A stretch of 64,000 nt of DNA from a virus (IMGVR_UViG_2667527450_000001:9397-73396), one strand, 5' to 3'; positions 9,075-18,073 are shown, numbered from the stretch's first letter. A program made the numbers and translations. The notes: generated by a model not told the origin, from the sequence alone.

Positions 9075-9200
9075 GTAGCTACAGGCTGCAACGTGAGCTC
9101 CTCTCTGGTGTAGCTACGAATCCCTGTCGGGTGTAGCTACAGATTCTTCGGATTGAGACTTGCGGTGTAGCTACACCCAAGAGTACGGTGTAGCTACACC
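9075..9200. promoter_or_regulatory. array of five palindromic GTAGCTAC operators in a divergent promoter
   Basis: Cores at 9075, 9110, 9133, 9167, 9190; last two are perfect GGTGTAGCTACACC. Confidence 0.8.
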
Positions 9201-9253
9201 TCGGGGCAAGAGGTGGAGTCATCGCCAAGCGAACAACCGCAGGGGAGACGGAA

Positions 9254-9523
9254 ATGAACGCCACCGCAGACGCCTTCGAGCCTGTCGACTTCAGCGCTGT
9301 CGTGGAAGGTGACCGTCTGCGCTTCCTGACCAACGACAACGGTTACGGCGGGCGCGGCACGTACCGACGTACTGGAACCGTCGTCCGCGTCACCGGCAAG
9401 ACGGTCAAGGTTTCCTGTGACGACGGCACCAGCGGAACCCTCCGCCACGCCGACTGGCGAGCGCGCTCTCCGCAGCGCGCCAGCGGCGCTGAGTGCGCCT
9501 GTACCCGCCGCTTCGAGCGCTGA
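9254..9523 (+). CDS. hypothetical protein (SH3-like beta pattern)
   Basis: GGGGAG RBS; RTGTVVRVTGKTVKV. Confidence 0.6.
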   Translation: MNATADAFEPVDFSAVVEGDRLRFLTNDNGYGGRGTYRRTGTVVRVTGKTVKVSCDDGTSGTLRHADWRARSPQRASGAECACTRRFER

Positions 9524-9590
9524 TCGCCCCGCCTGGCCCTGAGGGGCTAGGCCCGCCCACAGATCTTCCGCATCGTCCGAGGGGGACCCA

Positions 9591-9977
9591 ATGCGCCGCA
9601 CGCTCACCGCCATCCGCCGCACGATCGCCGCCGCTCTCGCCGCCGGCCGGCACCTCCGCTACACGGCCCTCTCCGGCGAGGTCGCCGCCCAGGTAGCCGC
9701 GGGCCGGCTGGTGCGCACCGGGGACCTGCTCGACCGTCTCGGTGCAGGCGACCTTCCCGACGGGCAGAAGTCCTGGTTCGGCCGGCACGTCGCCAAGGCG
9801 TACCGCGGGATGCACGGCGGCGCCGACGCGGTCCGGGTGTGGGCGCAGCACCGCACGACTGGCCGCTGGATTCACGTTCACGTCTACGCCCCTGCCGAGG
9901 CGGCTCTGTACGCCGGGCTCGCCTCCTACAAGGCCACCCGCCACCTCACCCAGGCTCAATTCACGGAGGCGGCTTAG
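9591..9977 (+). CDS. hypothetical protein
   Basis: GAGGGGG RBS; typical codon usage. Confidence 0.65.
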   Translation: MRRTLTAIRRTIAAALAAGRHLRYTALSGEVAAQVAAGRLVRTGDLLDRLGAGDLPDGQKSWFGRHVAKAYRGMHGGADAVRVWAQHRTTGRWIHVHVYAPAEAALYAGLASYKATRHLTQAQFTEAA

Positions 9978-10025
9978 GCCGCCTTCCCCGCTCCGCCCGC
10001 CCGCTCTACCCCGAAGGAGTCTGCT

Positions 10026-10432
10026 GTGTTCGACCCCGAGGTTATGGCTGATCGTCGGCGCATCATCGCCGCGGCCATCGAGCATCTGAAGAGTGGCAAG
10101 TCCACCGAGGTCAGCCCGGAGGGGCTCTCCAGTTCTTGCGCCGTGCCCAGCAGGAGGACGGCACTGTCGGCCAGTTCGGGGCGTACAAGCGGGCGCAGAG
10201 GATCCTCCACCGCGATCACGTCGAGAAGCGGACCGGCCTCTGCGGCACCTGCGGTGACCGCACGAGCAGCGACGTCCGCTACGGCTGCACCCCGTATACC
10301 TGTGTCCGTCCCTGCGACGTTTGTGGCCACCCCGGCGCTGTGCACCGCGACTGGTATGTGCACCGCGGGGAGCCGTGGTTCTGCCGCCGGTGCCCGGAGG
10401 ACGACAACCGCCATGACTACGTACCCGCCTGA
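10026..10432 (+). pseudogene. Cys-rich protein split by a 1-nt frameshift in a G4 run (10121-10124)
   Basis: AAGGAG RBS and GTG; one extra G joins MFDPEV..SPEG to ALQFLRRAQQ..CGTC..CDVC..CRRC. Confidence 0.55.
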
Positions 10433-10520
10433 CGCCACGGGCGTCGCCTCCACGGCCGCCCCAAGTCTCCTGCGTGGGGTGGCCACTCTTCCCACCCGCA
10501 TCAACCCGAAGGAGTACGTC

Positions 10521-10766
10521 ATGGATCCGATGGATGTCCCGACCGAGGTCACGAAGCTCGTCTACTCCGCGCCGCGCACCGAGGCTCGTTCGCAGAACCA
10601 GGTCGCCGAACTCCTCGCCCACTACTGGCCGGCGATCGAGAATCACGTTCGCAGTCAGGTACTGCGGGAGGCCGCCGCGATTGGCCGCGAATTGAGCCGG
10701 AAGGGCTACAGCGCCCAGGAGATCGCGAAGAAGCTCGATGGCATGGCTGACGGCGGCTCCTGGTGA
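10521..10766 (+). CDS. hypothetical protein
   Basis: AAGGAG RBS and ATG. Confidence 0.6.
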   Translation: MDPMDVPTEVTKLVYSAPRTEARSQNQVAELLAHYWPAIENHVRSQVLREAAAIGRELSRKGYSAQEIAKKLDGMADGGSW

Positions 10767-11125
10767 GCGCCGCCGACCTCTCCGCTCGCCTGGACGGCCT
10801 CGGCACCGGTGTCATCCTCCGCTTCGACCAGATACGTGCCGAGACGCTCGAACAGTTGGCTCGCGCGTGGGCCGACGACCCGACCGCGGTCACTGATGCC
10901 CTGGACCGGCTCGCCGCGGTGGTGCAGCGCACGACGGATCCGGACGACGACACCGGCTGGCACCCCGCCGCGATCGATGCGGCCCGCGACGACCTGGAGG
11001 CGGTCGCCGGCCTCGACGCCGCCGAGGTCACCCTGCGGCACGGCACCGCCATCGCACTCGCCGGCGCACTCCAAGCCGCCGCCCGCGGCACGTTCACGGC
11101 GCGCACCCGAGGAGTGGCCGCATGA
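10763..11125 (+). CDS. hypothetical protein
   Basis: GTGA overlap. Confidence 0.6.
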   Translation: MSAADLSARLDGLGTGVILRFDQIRAETLEQLARAWADDPTAVTDALDRLAAVVQRTTDPDDDTGWHPAAIDAARDDLEAVAGLDAAEVTLRHGTAIALAGALQAAARGTFTARTRGVAA

Positions 11126-11182
11126 GTGCACGAGACGACCTGTACGGCCCCGCCGACGCCGAAGCCGCCTGAGGAGGCGACC

Positions 11183-11620
11183 GTGTTCCGCTTCGACCCC
11201 GTAGCCGTACTCCGCCACTACGCCAGCCAGCCGTGCAGCGACCCGGCGTGCGAGGTTGACCGGCTCACATCCATGGCCGACGCCCGCATAGCCATCGGCG
11301 CAGCCCAAGGCGTCGACCTGGACGACATCGACCCGGCCTCGGGCTACGACTACTCCCGCCGCGCCTACGACAACGTCCGCCGCTCCTGGATCGTCAACAT
11401 CAAGTACCACGGCTGGTCACCGTTCTACGAGCAGCAGCACCTCGACAAGGCGCTCGCCTCCTGGACCGAGCACCGACCCGAGTTCACAGCCGGGGACGAC
11501 TGGCTCGCAGCGGGCATCGCCACGCACCGTGCCTACTGGTCCGAGATCGGCCGCCCCTGCAACAGGGGGAGCTGCGTCCTGCACGAATCGCAGACAGCTC
11601 CGGGCGCTGCCGCCGCCTGA
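11183..11620 (+). CDS. hypothetical protein
   Basis: GAGGAGG RBS and GTG. Confidence 0.65.
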   Translation: MFRFDPVAVLRHYASQPCSDPACEVDRLTSMADARIAIGAAQGVDLDDIDPASGYDYSRRAYDNVRRSWIVNIKYHGWSPFYEQQHLDKALASWTEHRPEFTAGDDWLAAGIATHRAYWSEIGRPCNRGSCVLHESQTAPGAAAA

Positions 11621-11677
11621 CCCCCGCCCCACGCCCGCCCCGGACTGGGGCGGGCCACCCACCTTGAGGAGCACTAC

Positions 11678-11956
11678 ATGCACATCGCTTTGCTCCCCGC
11701 CCACACCATGACCATCACCACGATTCCCGACGGCCGGGACCTCGACTGGTCCCACCCCGACAACTGCCCGCAGCCGGAGGACCGGTGCGAGTTCGTGCGT
11801 CGTATGCGACGCATGGGCCACGACATCGCGGACCTGGCCGAGGGGCGGCCGGACGGCGTGTACCGGCTGGGCGGCTTCGGCTTCCACAGCCTGTGCTTGG
11901 TCGACGATGAGGGGCGCATGCTGCCCGAAGTGCCCGTCGCTGAGGCACACGCGTGA
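11678..11956 (+). CDS. hypothetical protein
   Basis: GAGGAG RBS. Confidence 0.6.
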   Translation: MHIALLPAHTMTITTIPDGRDLDWSHPDNCPQPEDRCEFVRRMRRMGHDIADLAEGRPDGVYRLGGFGFHSLCLVDDEGRMLPEVPVAEAHA

Positions 11957-12144
11957 CCGCCCTGCCGCCGAATGGCTGCCGCACTCCTGTGGGCTGCATC
12001 GCGCATCCACGGCGGCCACCGGTCGATCTACGCCAACCGGGACTTCGTGAAGCGCTTCGCAGTCAACCCGTACCCGAACGAACCGCAGTAGTCCCCCCGA
12101 CCCGCCGTGACCCGCGGCGGGCCCACACCACAAGGAGCAGCAGC

Positions 12145-12603
12145 ATGGCTACACCCACCAGCCGGGACGCGATTCTGTCCGAGGCCGTGACCGCACTTCA
12201 AGAGCAGGCAGGGCGACTATCAGAGATGGCTGATGAAGAGATGCGCCGCGACCTTGAGGAGAAGGCGCAGGTCTGGCACGAGGCCGCCGAGGTCGTTCTC
12301 CGCCTGATCGGTAAGCCGCAGCAGGTCAACGCCACAGAGGAGCAGGAGGTCAGCGCGTTGTTCCGGCTCATCTACGACCCCGGCGTCGAATCCCTCCACG
12401 ACCAACTCCCGTCGGCCACGAGCCACGCCCTCACCGCCGCCCTCGACGCCGCCTGCCACGACCCCATCGGACACACCGCACCCCGCCGCGGCCAAGCCGA
12501 AGAATGGAACCGGCAAATCCGAGTCGACGGCGCACTCGCCATGATCTTCGTCAGCTACAGTCAGAAGGCCCTCGCCGTCGTCGACATCATCGACCTCAGC
12601 TGA
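12145..12603 (+). CDS. helical N-domain fused to a RelE/ParE-like C-domain
   Basis: AAGGAG RBS; C-half LFRLIYDP..LPSATSHALTAAL..DPIG..R..VDG..IFV..LAVVDI has a RelE-like pattern. Confidence 0.5.
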   Translation: MATPTSRDAILSEAVTALQEQAGRLSEMADEEMRRDLEEKAQVWHEAAEVVLRLIGKPQQVNATEEQEVSALFRLIYDPGVESLHDQLPSATSHALTAALDAACHDPIGHTAPRRGQAEEWNRQIRVDGALAMIFVSYSQKALAVVDIIDLS

Positions 12604-12717
12604 AGCCGCTCGTCGTGGTGGTTGCTGCACTTCGTTGCTGTACAGCAACCACCTGATCACCGCCCCTCTTCATGGCTCGTTGCGGCCTGGAAGTCCAGCG
12701 CTGGAAGACCTCTGGCG

Positions 12718-12957
12718 CTACATCTTGACCCGGGCCTTCCTCGTCTTCGACCGTTCGGCATCGACGACGACCAGCTCAGCATTGCGGGTGGGCCTTCCGC
12801 GTTCGGTCCAGGTCTCGCGAACCTTCCGGCATAGGGTTCCGGTCCGCCCGAGCTTCTCCAGCAGGATGTTGAAGAGCTCCACGAGCCCTATGAGGGCAAA
12901 GAGCCCGACGACAGCCGTGAGTGCCACCTGGTCGACGTGCTCCGCGGCCGTGATCAT
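12718..12957 (-). CDS. small single-TM membrane protein
   Basis: Hydrophobic VALTAVVGLFALIGLVELF; ATGA-coupled to upstream minigene. Confidence 0.55.
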   Translation of the reverse strand: MITAAEHVDQVALTAVVGLFALIGLVELFNILLEKLGRTGTLCRKVRETWTERGRPTRNAELVVVDAERSKTRKARVKM

Positions 12958-13019
12958 GCACCACCGCCGAGGAGAGCGGCGCTCAACATGTCACACTGGT
13001 TGGCAATGCTCATTGGCAT
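12954..13019 (-). CDS. 21-aa minigene MPMSIANQCDMLSAALLGGGA
   Basis: AAAGGA RBS; its stop overlaps the next ATG. Confidence 0.4.
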   Translation of the reverse strand: MPMSIANQCDMLSAALLGGGA

Positions 13020-13488
13020 GGGTCCTTTCTCGGGACTCGGTGGCTCGCCGCGTCCGGTTTCTGTTGGCGCAGCTCGGACGCGGCGAGCCTTCTGAAGCAG
13101 CCACGGACCTTTCCGCATCTGCAAGTTGTGCAAAGAAGACAAAAAGGGACCCGTCCGCACTCGCGGACGCGATCCCTTCCTCTTCTCGACTCAACGGTAG
13201 CACCACGGCAGAGGTGCGACGCACGGCCGTGACGACGGACGGTCGACCGCTCCCCGGAGTTCGATCAAACCGCCGTTCGTGACCTGCTTGGCAACTTCCG
13301 ACTTGGCTAGTCAGCTCCATGACTTCCCATCAGAGCCCCGGCCGCCGATGCCCTTGCGAGCGGAGCCCGAGGGCCTGGTGACGCTGACGCGGACGGCGGA
13401 GCGGGGGCGCTCTCGCCAGAGCCGACCTCGTGGCGGCCCGCATGCGGCTCAAGCACGCCGACGACCCCACCGAGCGATAACCCCTGTA

Positions 13489-13522
13489 GAAGGGCCCCCG
13501 CCCACCCGGGCAGGGGCCCTTC
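13489..13522. terminator. intrinsic terminator-like hairpin
   Basis: AAGGGCCCC...GGGGCCCTT downstream of a minus-strand gene. Confidence 0.6.
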
Positions 13523-13543
13523 GTCGTCTCGTCGTCGCGGCTC

Positions 13544-13888
13544 TCACGCCGCGACCGCATCCTCCCGCGGGAAAACCGCCGTGCACCCCCTGCACACCAA
13601 CGACCGCTCCCACCGGGCCCGTTCGTCCTCCGCAGCCCGCGCACGCCGCGACAACCAGTAGCCGACACCGATGCTGCCGGCCAGCAGCACGACCCCCGCG
13701 GCTACCTCACCCGAGACCAGCGCCACCACGCCCAGCACGGCCGCTACCACCGGCAGTAGCCACTGCACCACGTACTCCGGCGGCGGCGCATGTGTCCTCT
13801 TCGCCTCCGCGTCCTGCGACAACGACCGCCAAAACTCCGGCCGATGCCACACCTCGCGACCCCCACACCGCGGACAACCAAACGCCAT
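13544..13888 (-). CDS. two-TM membrane protein flanked by CxxC pairs
   Basis: CPRCG..TM..TM..CRGC; GAGGGG RBS. Confidence 0.7.
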   Translation of the reverse strand: MAFGCPRCGGREVWHRPEFWRSLSQDAEAKRTHAPPPEYVVQWLLPVVAAVLGVVALVSGEVAAGVVLLAGSIGVGYWLSRRARAAEDERARWERSLVCRGCTAVFPREDAVAA

Positions 13889-14039
13889 GCCATTCCCCTC
13901 AATCAGAGGAAAACAGGCTGTCACCACGCCAACACAAACGGGCAGCGGCGCACAGGAGCCAAACCGGCGCACACGGCGGCGCGCAAAACCCCGCCCAATG
14001 GGCGGGGCTGGCACTGCGCGCAGCCACACACCGCCGCCC

Positions 14040-14504
14040 CTAGGAGCCGACCAGCGCACCACTGCGATTGCCCAGAACCTGTCGGGCCAGCGCCAGCGTG
14101 TAGTCCTGCCCTGCCGCCGGACTGTCCGACTTCTCGGGGTCCTTGAGCGTCAGCCGGCCAACATACAACCCCTCGTGGCCGTAGATCATCTTGGCGGGCT
14201 GGCTACTCCCGTCGACCTCCAACTCCCACTCCGCGTCCCGGAGGTCCACTGAGGTCGGCTTCAGGACCACGCGGCTACTCCAGCCGGTGCACAGCACCCA
14301 TTCGGTGGCATTCGGACTGTGACGCGCCGCCACATCCATAAGGTGCACGTCCGGTACCTCCGGGACCGCGAGGTACCCCACCACAGCATCAATGCCGAAT
14401 CGCCCGGTGGTCGTGTACGCGACAGCCCCGACCACGTCCGGCCAGAAATGGACCAGAGGGAAGATCGTCACACGACCAGTACCCGACATCGTCCTGCTTG
14501 CCAT
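14040..14504 (-). CDS. hypothetical beta-rich protein
   Basis: GAGGAG RBS; protein-like composition. Confidence 0.7.
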   Translation of the reverse strand: MASRTMSGTGRVTIFPLVHFWPDVVGAVAYTTTGRFGIDAVVGYLAVPEVPDVHLMDVAARHSPNATEWVLCTGWSSRVVLKPTSVDLRDAEWELEVDGSSQPAKMIYGHEGLYVGRLTLKDPEKSDSPAAGQDYTLALARQVLGNRSGALVGS

Positions 14505-14605
14505 GGCTCTCCTCATAGATCTGAACCCGAACGGTCCCGCGCTAGTCTCCCAGCGCGGGACCACTGCACCTAGTCGATCACCTTGCTACAGAACCCAGTT
14601 GACGA

Positions 14606-14719
14606 TCAGCTATCGCCACAACCCTGACTCGGATTGCCCTCCTGCCCATCCGAGCCGTCACCCGTCTCGCCCTGCGAGTTCTCCTCGTCGCCGTAGGCGA
14701 GCGCCATCCTCAGCGTCAT
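14606..14719 (-). CDS. 37-aa acidic Gly/Ser-rich peptide
   Basis: GGAGG RBS 5 nt before ATG; MTLRMALAYGDEENSQGETGDGSDGQEGNPSQGCGDS. Confidence 0.45.
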   Translation of the reverse strand: MTLRMALAYGDEENSQGETGDGSDGQEGNPSQGCGDS

Positions 14720-14925
14720 CGTGACCTCCAGGCCGCCACAGGGACCGCCCCCGCAGCAACCCGCCACGCTGCCCCCACGACGAGAGCGTCGACAGGGCGC
14801 AAAGACACAGCCAGAAGCACCCGAACGCGCCCCACCCCCACCCGGCGACACTCGAAAGAGGGACCCCAAGCCGCCCGGTCATCGCGGGAACCGCACCAGC
14901 CAATCCGGAAGCGGCTTGTGCAGCG

Positions 14926-15600
14926 CTACGACCAAGACGTGCAGGTTCCGAGGGGGACGAGGTAGTACGTGTCGGTGGCTTCACTCACCGCGACGACGGC
15001 ATCGGCGTCGCTGAAGTCGAACCACTCGCCGCGAATCTTGCGACTATCGAACCGGTTGTGCAGGTGGGACTCCAGGCGCCAGTCGCCACCGAAAGACCAC
15101 AGCACGCGCAAGTCATGCGGCGACGAAGTCTGAATGTCCCCCAGCCGTGAGCGCAGGCTCGATGTCGTGCCGATCTTCACTACGCCCTGCGGCCGTTCGC
15201 CGATCACATAGACCACAGAGTCCTGCCGTTGAAGCGGAAACGGCGCGCGAGGCTCCTGCGGCGCGGACTCATCCCATGCGTTTGGGAGGTCACACACCTC
15301 GATCAGCGTGAAGAACACGCCGCCAGATAGCCGCTTCCGGGTGCGTCGCATGTAGCCAGCCTCTTCCAGCTCCGCGAAGAGAGCCCGCATAGCCCGCCGC
15401 CCCTCCCCTCGGGTGTCACCGCGAGCCTCGCGTGCAGCACGCGACAGCTCGTCCGCGTTCGCCTCCCAACCTTCCGGCCGGCTCAAGATGCCCAACAGCA
15501 GCCCCCTTGCGGCATAGCTGAGCCGCTCATCCATCGCAGTCGTCCGAGGGACCGCCGTGAAGTTCCAGCCGCTCGCCTTGATCACTACCTTCATCACCAT
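14926..15600 (-). CDS. Rep-like winged-helix fused to a T5orf172/GIY-YIG-like domain
   Basis: N: NFTAVP..LSYAARGLL..ELEEAGY; C: VVYVIG..VKIGTT..RL..E..LH..F..IRGEWF. Confidence 0.8.
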   Translation of the reverse strand: MVMKVVIKASGWNFTAVPRTTAMDERLSYAARGLLLGILSRPEGWEANADELSRAAREARGDTRGEGRRAMRALFAELEEAGYMRRTRKRLSGGVFFTLIEVCDLPNAWDESAPQEPRAPFPLQRQDSVVYVIGERPQGVVKIGTTSSLRSRLGDIQTSSPHDLRVLWSFGGDWRLESHLHNRFDSRKIRGEWFDFSDADAVVAVSEATDTYYLVPLGTCTSWS

Positions 15601-15629
15601 GCCGGCTCCTTAGCTTTCAGACGGATCGA

Positions 15630-15663
15630 GAACGGCCGGGCAACCCGCGCTGCCCGGCCGTTC
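15630..15663. terminator. 13-bp perfect hairpin between co-oriented genes
   Basis: GAACGGCCGGGCA-N8-TGCCCGGCCGTTC. Confidence 0.5.
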
Positions 15664-15666
15664 AGG

Positions 15667-16485
15667 TCAGGCGGCTTCCGCGGCCCCCAGGGTCAGTTGC
15701 CCCTTCGCCTCGAACTCGTTGACTGCCTCAGCGATCTCGGCGTACACCTGCTCCAGCAGCGGCCGGTCCTCCTCGCTGTAGACCACAACCTTGTCGATCC
15801 GTGAGCCCGCCGGCCCCGGGATCTTCTCCGGGCGCCGCCCGTGCACCTTCAGATAGCGGTTCGAGACACGCGACCCGAACCCGGACTGGAACTTCGCCAC
15901 CGTCGCTGGCTTGTGACCCTTCTCCGCGAGGAACGTCGATGCGTACAGCGGCGTCTCCCCGCTCTCCAACTCCGGCCGTTCGCCCATCGCGCGGGCGAGA
16001 ATCACCTTGCCGGTCGCCGTGGCGTAAGGCTCGGGAAGCACTGGGCGGAGGATCGCAAGGATCTCCGCCTGCTCGCGGTAGGGGAGCGGGCCGGCCGCGG
16101 CGGTGAGCTCCCGATGCTGAGCTGGCGGCGCTACGGGGTGGACCTCCGCCTCGCGGGTCTTGATCACGAAATACGCCTGAGCTCCGGCGACCTCGGGCTT
16201 GTTCGGATCTCCGTTCATCGCGACCAGGTAGGCCGCGTAGCGACTGAGGTGGTAGTCCATGCGGGGGCGCCCGCCCGTGGAGTTGTCAGGGGATCGCCTG
16301 AAAAGCTGCTCCGCGTCCTGCCCCGTGTTGGTGGCTGCTGTCGCGGCTCGTTCGAGAGCCCGCTGGAATTCGTTCCAGCGGGCGTATCCCATGAGGGGTT
16401 GCAGGTCGCGTGCACTCCAGTGCTCGCCCTCGGGGGTGGTTCGCTTGATGCTGTCGAACGGGGATTCCCCGTCGCGTGGGACCAT
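15667..16485 (-). CDS. BRO-N/DinD-like phage antirepressor
   Basis: SPFDSIKR..EHWSARDLQPLMGYARW..DYHLSRYAAYLVAMNGDPNKPEVAGAQAYF. Confidence 0.85.
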   Translation of the reverse strand: MVPRDGESPFDSIKRTTPEGEHWSARDLQPLMGYARWNEFQRALERAATAATNTGQDAEQLFRRSPDNSTGGRPRMDYHLSRYAAYLVAMNGDPNKPEVAGAQAYFVIKTREAEVHPVAPPAQHRELTAAAGPLPYREQAEILAILRPVLPEPYATATGKVILARAMGERPELESGETPLYASTFLAEKGHKPATVAKFQSGFGSRVSNRYLKVHGRRPEKIPGPAGSRIDKVVVYSEEDRPLLEQVYAEIAEAVNEFEAKGQLTLGAAEAA

Positions 16486-16600
16486 GGTCACGGTCCCCTC
16501 CGTTTCTGTGGAAGGTTCGGAGCTGATCACCGCCTGCGCCTGGGTAGCCGCCCGGGCGCAGGTCTTTATCGCGGGGATTCCCGCGACTCCCATACACACA

Positions 16601-16672
16601 CGTTAGACATTCGTTGGACATTGGGCAACCGATTCCTGGACCTCATGTCAAACGGTGGTGCATTATGAAGGC
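16601..16672. promoter_or_regulatory. divergent promoter/operator between antirepressor and XRE repressor
   Basis: Tandem CGTTAGACATT/CGTTGGACATT, inverted ATGTCAAACG; -10-like CATTAT 6 nt before ATG (leaderless). Confidence 0.65.
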
Positions 16673-17053
16673 ATGGACCTCGACTGGAAGGCGCTTGCGA
16701 CGGAGCTGCGGCAGGCGCGACACGAGCAGATGCTCACCATGAACGACCTGGCCGTGCGGTCGGACGTGACACGGTCGACGCTTCACAGTCTCGAACAGGG
16801 CACGGAGCGATCGCGCATTCCGTCATCGCTCAGCAAGGTTGAGCAGGGGCTGGGATGGCCAACCGGGCGCGCCATGGAGATCCTGACCGGCAAGCCGACC
16901 CCGGCCACTGGGGGCGGCTCCGTCAGTGCGGAAGAGATCGAGCGCTCCGTTAGCTACGCAGCCATCGCCGTAATGGACGACATGACCTCCGCGCAGATCA
17001 AAGAGCTTGCGCGTCTCGCGGTGGAGGATCTTCGTCGCCGCGGCGTCATTTGA
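16673..17053 (+). CDS. XRE-family HTH repressor
   Basis: LRQARHEQMLTMNDLAVRSDVTRSTLHSLEQG..KVEQGLGWPTG. Confidence 0.85.
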   Translation: MDLDWKALATELRQARHEQMLTMNDLAVRSDVTRSTLHSLEQGTERSRIPSSLSKVEQGLGWPTGRAMEILTGKPTPATGGGSVSAEEIERSVSYAAIAVMDDMTSAQIKELARLAVEDLRRRGVI

Positions 17054-17083
17054 CCCCCTCGGCAGCCTGAAGGCCAGGTGCCC

Positions 17084-17221
17084 CTACCGCGGCGCCAACT
17101 CGGTGTCGAGGTACTGCTGGACGGGCTCGAACAGGCCGTAGGGCGCGGATTCGGGGGCCTCGGTCAGTGTCACCCACGAGACGTCGGCGAGTTCTTCCTC
17201 GTCTGCTACGTGCGCCTCGCC
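17084..17221 (-). pseudogene. C-terminal remnant of a NUDIX hydrolase (AICE-type)
   Basis: GEAHVADEEELADVSWV..PYGLFEPVQQYLD; no start codon or Nudix box; lies downstream of GntR as in pSAM2-like elements. Confidence 0.6.
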
Positions 17222-17250
17222 AAGTCTGGCCCCGCGGCAGGCAGACCGAC

Positions 17251-17290
17251 AAAGCCCAGGCCTGGAGATGATGTCCAGGGCCGGGGCTTT
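17251..17290 (-). terminator. terminator after gntR
   Basis: AAAGCCC..CTGGA-N7-TCCAG..GGGCTTT. Confidence 0.55.
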
Positions 17291-17335
17291 CGCGTGTCGC
17301 GTCTCGCCCTCCAGTGCTCCGGGGCATGCATCGCC

Positions 17336-18073
17336 TCAGCCCATGTCGTGCTCGGCGGACGTCTTGCGGCCAGCGCCGTAATAGTCGACTGCGTACTCGG
17401 TCGGTTCGCCGTTCTGGTCCCAGTAGTGATTCACCACGGTCAGCAGGGGCGCCCCCGACTCTTCGTCAAGCAGCTCAGCGACGTCGGCCGGAGCGGGGCT
17501 GATCGAGACCGTGTCACGGCGTCGGGCCACACGGCGCCCGGTCTTCTCCTCGATGAGGCCGAAGGTCATCTTCGGCAAAGGCTCGGGTGCGAGGAACTCC
17601 GGCGCCCGATCCGCCAGGGCGCCCGAGATCCAAGTGGCAGAGACCACCGCCACACCCTCGTCGTCTAGGTACTTACGCCGACGGCGCGCCACTTCGGCAC
17701 CGAGTTCCAGGTTGAGCGCGTCCGCGACGTCCTGGGTGGCAGGCTGCCGCTCGGCGTCCAGGAACTGGACCTCTTCTCCGTCGGTCAGGCCAGTGCCACC
17801 GGAGCGCACGAGGGTAAGCCGGTCGGCGCCTGTAGTGAGCTTCTTGGGCGCGGCCACGATGGTTCCCACGCCAGGGGTTGCGATAGCCCACCCTTCGTCC
17901 CGGAGGAAGCGGGGTACGCGGGAAGCCGTTGCTGAGCTGATCCCTTCCTTCTTGATGATGTCTCGGACAGACGGCAGAGGGTCGCCCGGCTGCAGTTCAC
18001 CGCTCTTGATCCGTTCGATCAACGCCTCAGCGATCCTGCGATACGGTGGGAGGTTTTGTGGGTTTTGTGTCAT
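17336..18073 (-). CDS. GntR (HutC/UTRA, KorSA-like) repressor
   Basis: PPYRRIAEAL..GELQPGDPLPS..PGVGTIV plus UTRA-like C-domain. Confidence 0.9.
   Translation of the reverse strand: MTQNPQNLPPYRRIAEALIERIKSGELQPGDPLPSVRDIIKKEGISSATASRVPRFLRDEGWAIATPGVGTIVAAPKKLTTGADRLTLVRSGGTGLTDGEEVQFLDAERQPATQDVADALNLELGAEVARRRRKYLDDEGVAVVSATWISGALADRAPEFLAPEPLPKMTFGLIEEKTGRRVARRRDTVSISPAPADVAELLDEESGAPLLTVVNHYWDQNGEPTEYAVDYYGAGRKTSAEHDMG

Noticed and set aside
13940-14060. GGCGCAC/GCGCA repeats as an operator array
   Set aside because: Short, GC-rich and irregular; not distinguishable from chance by eye
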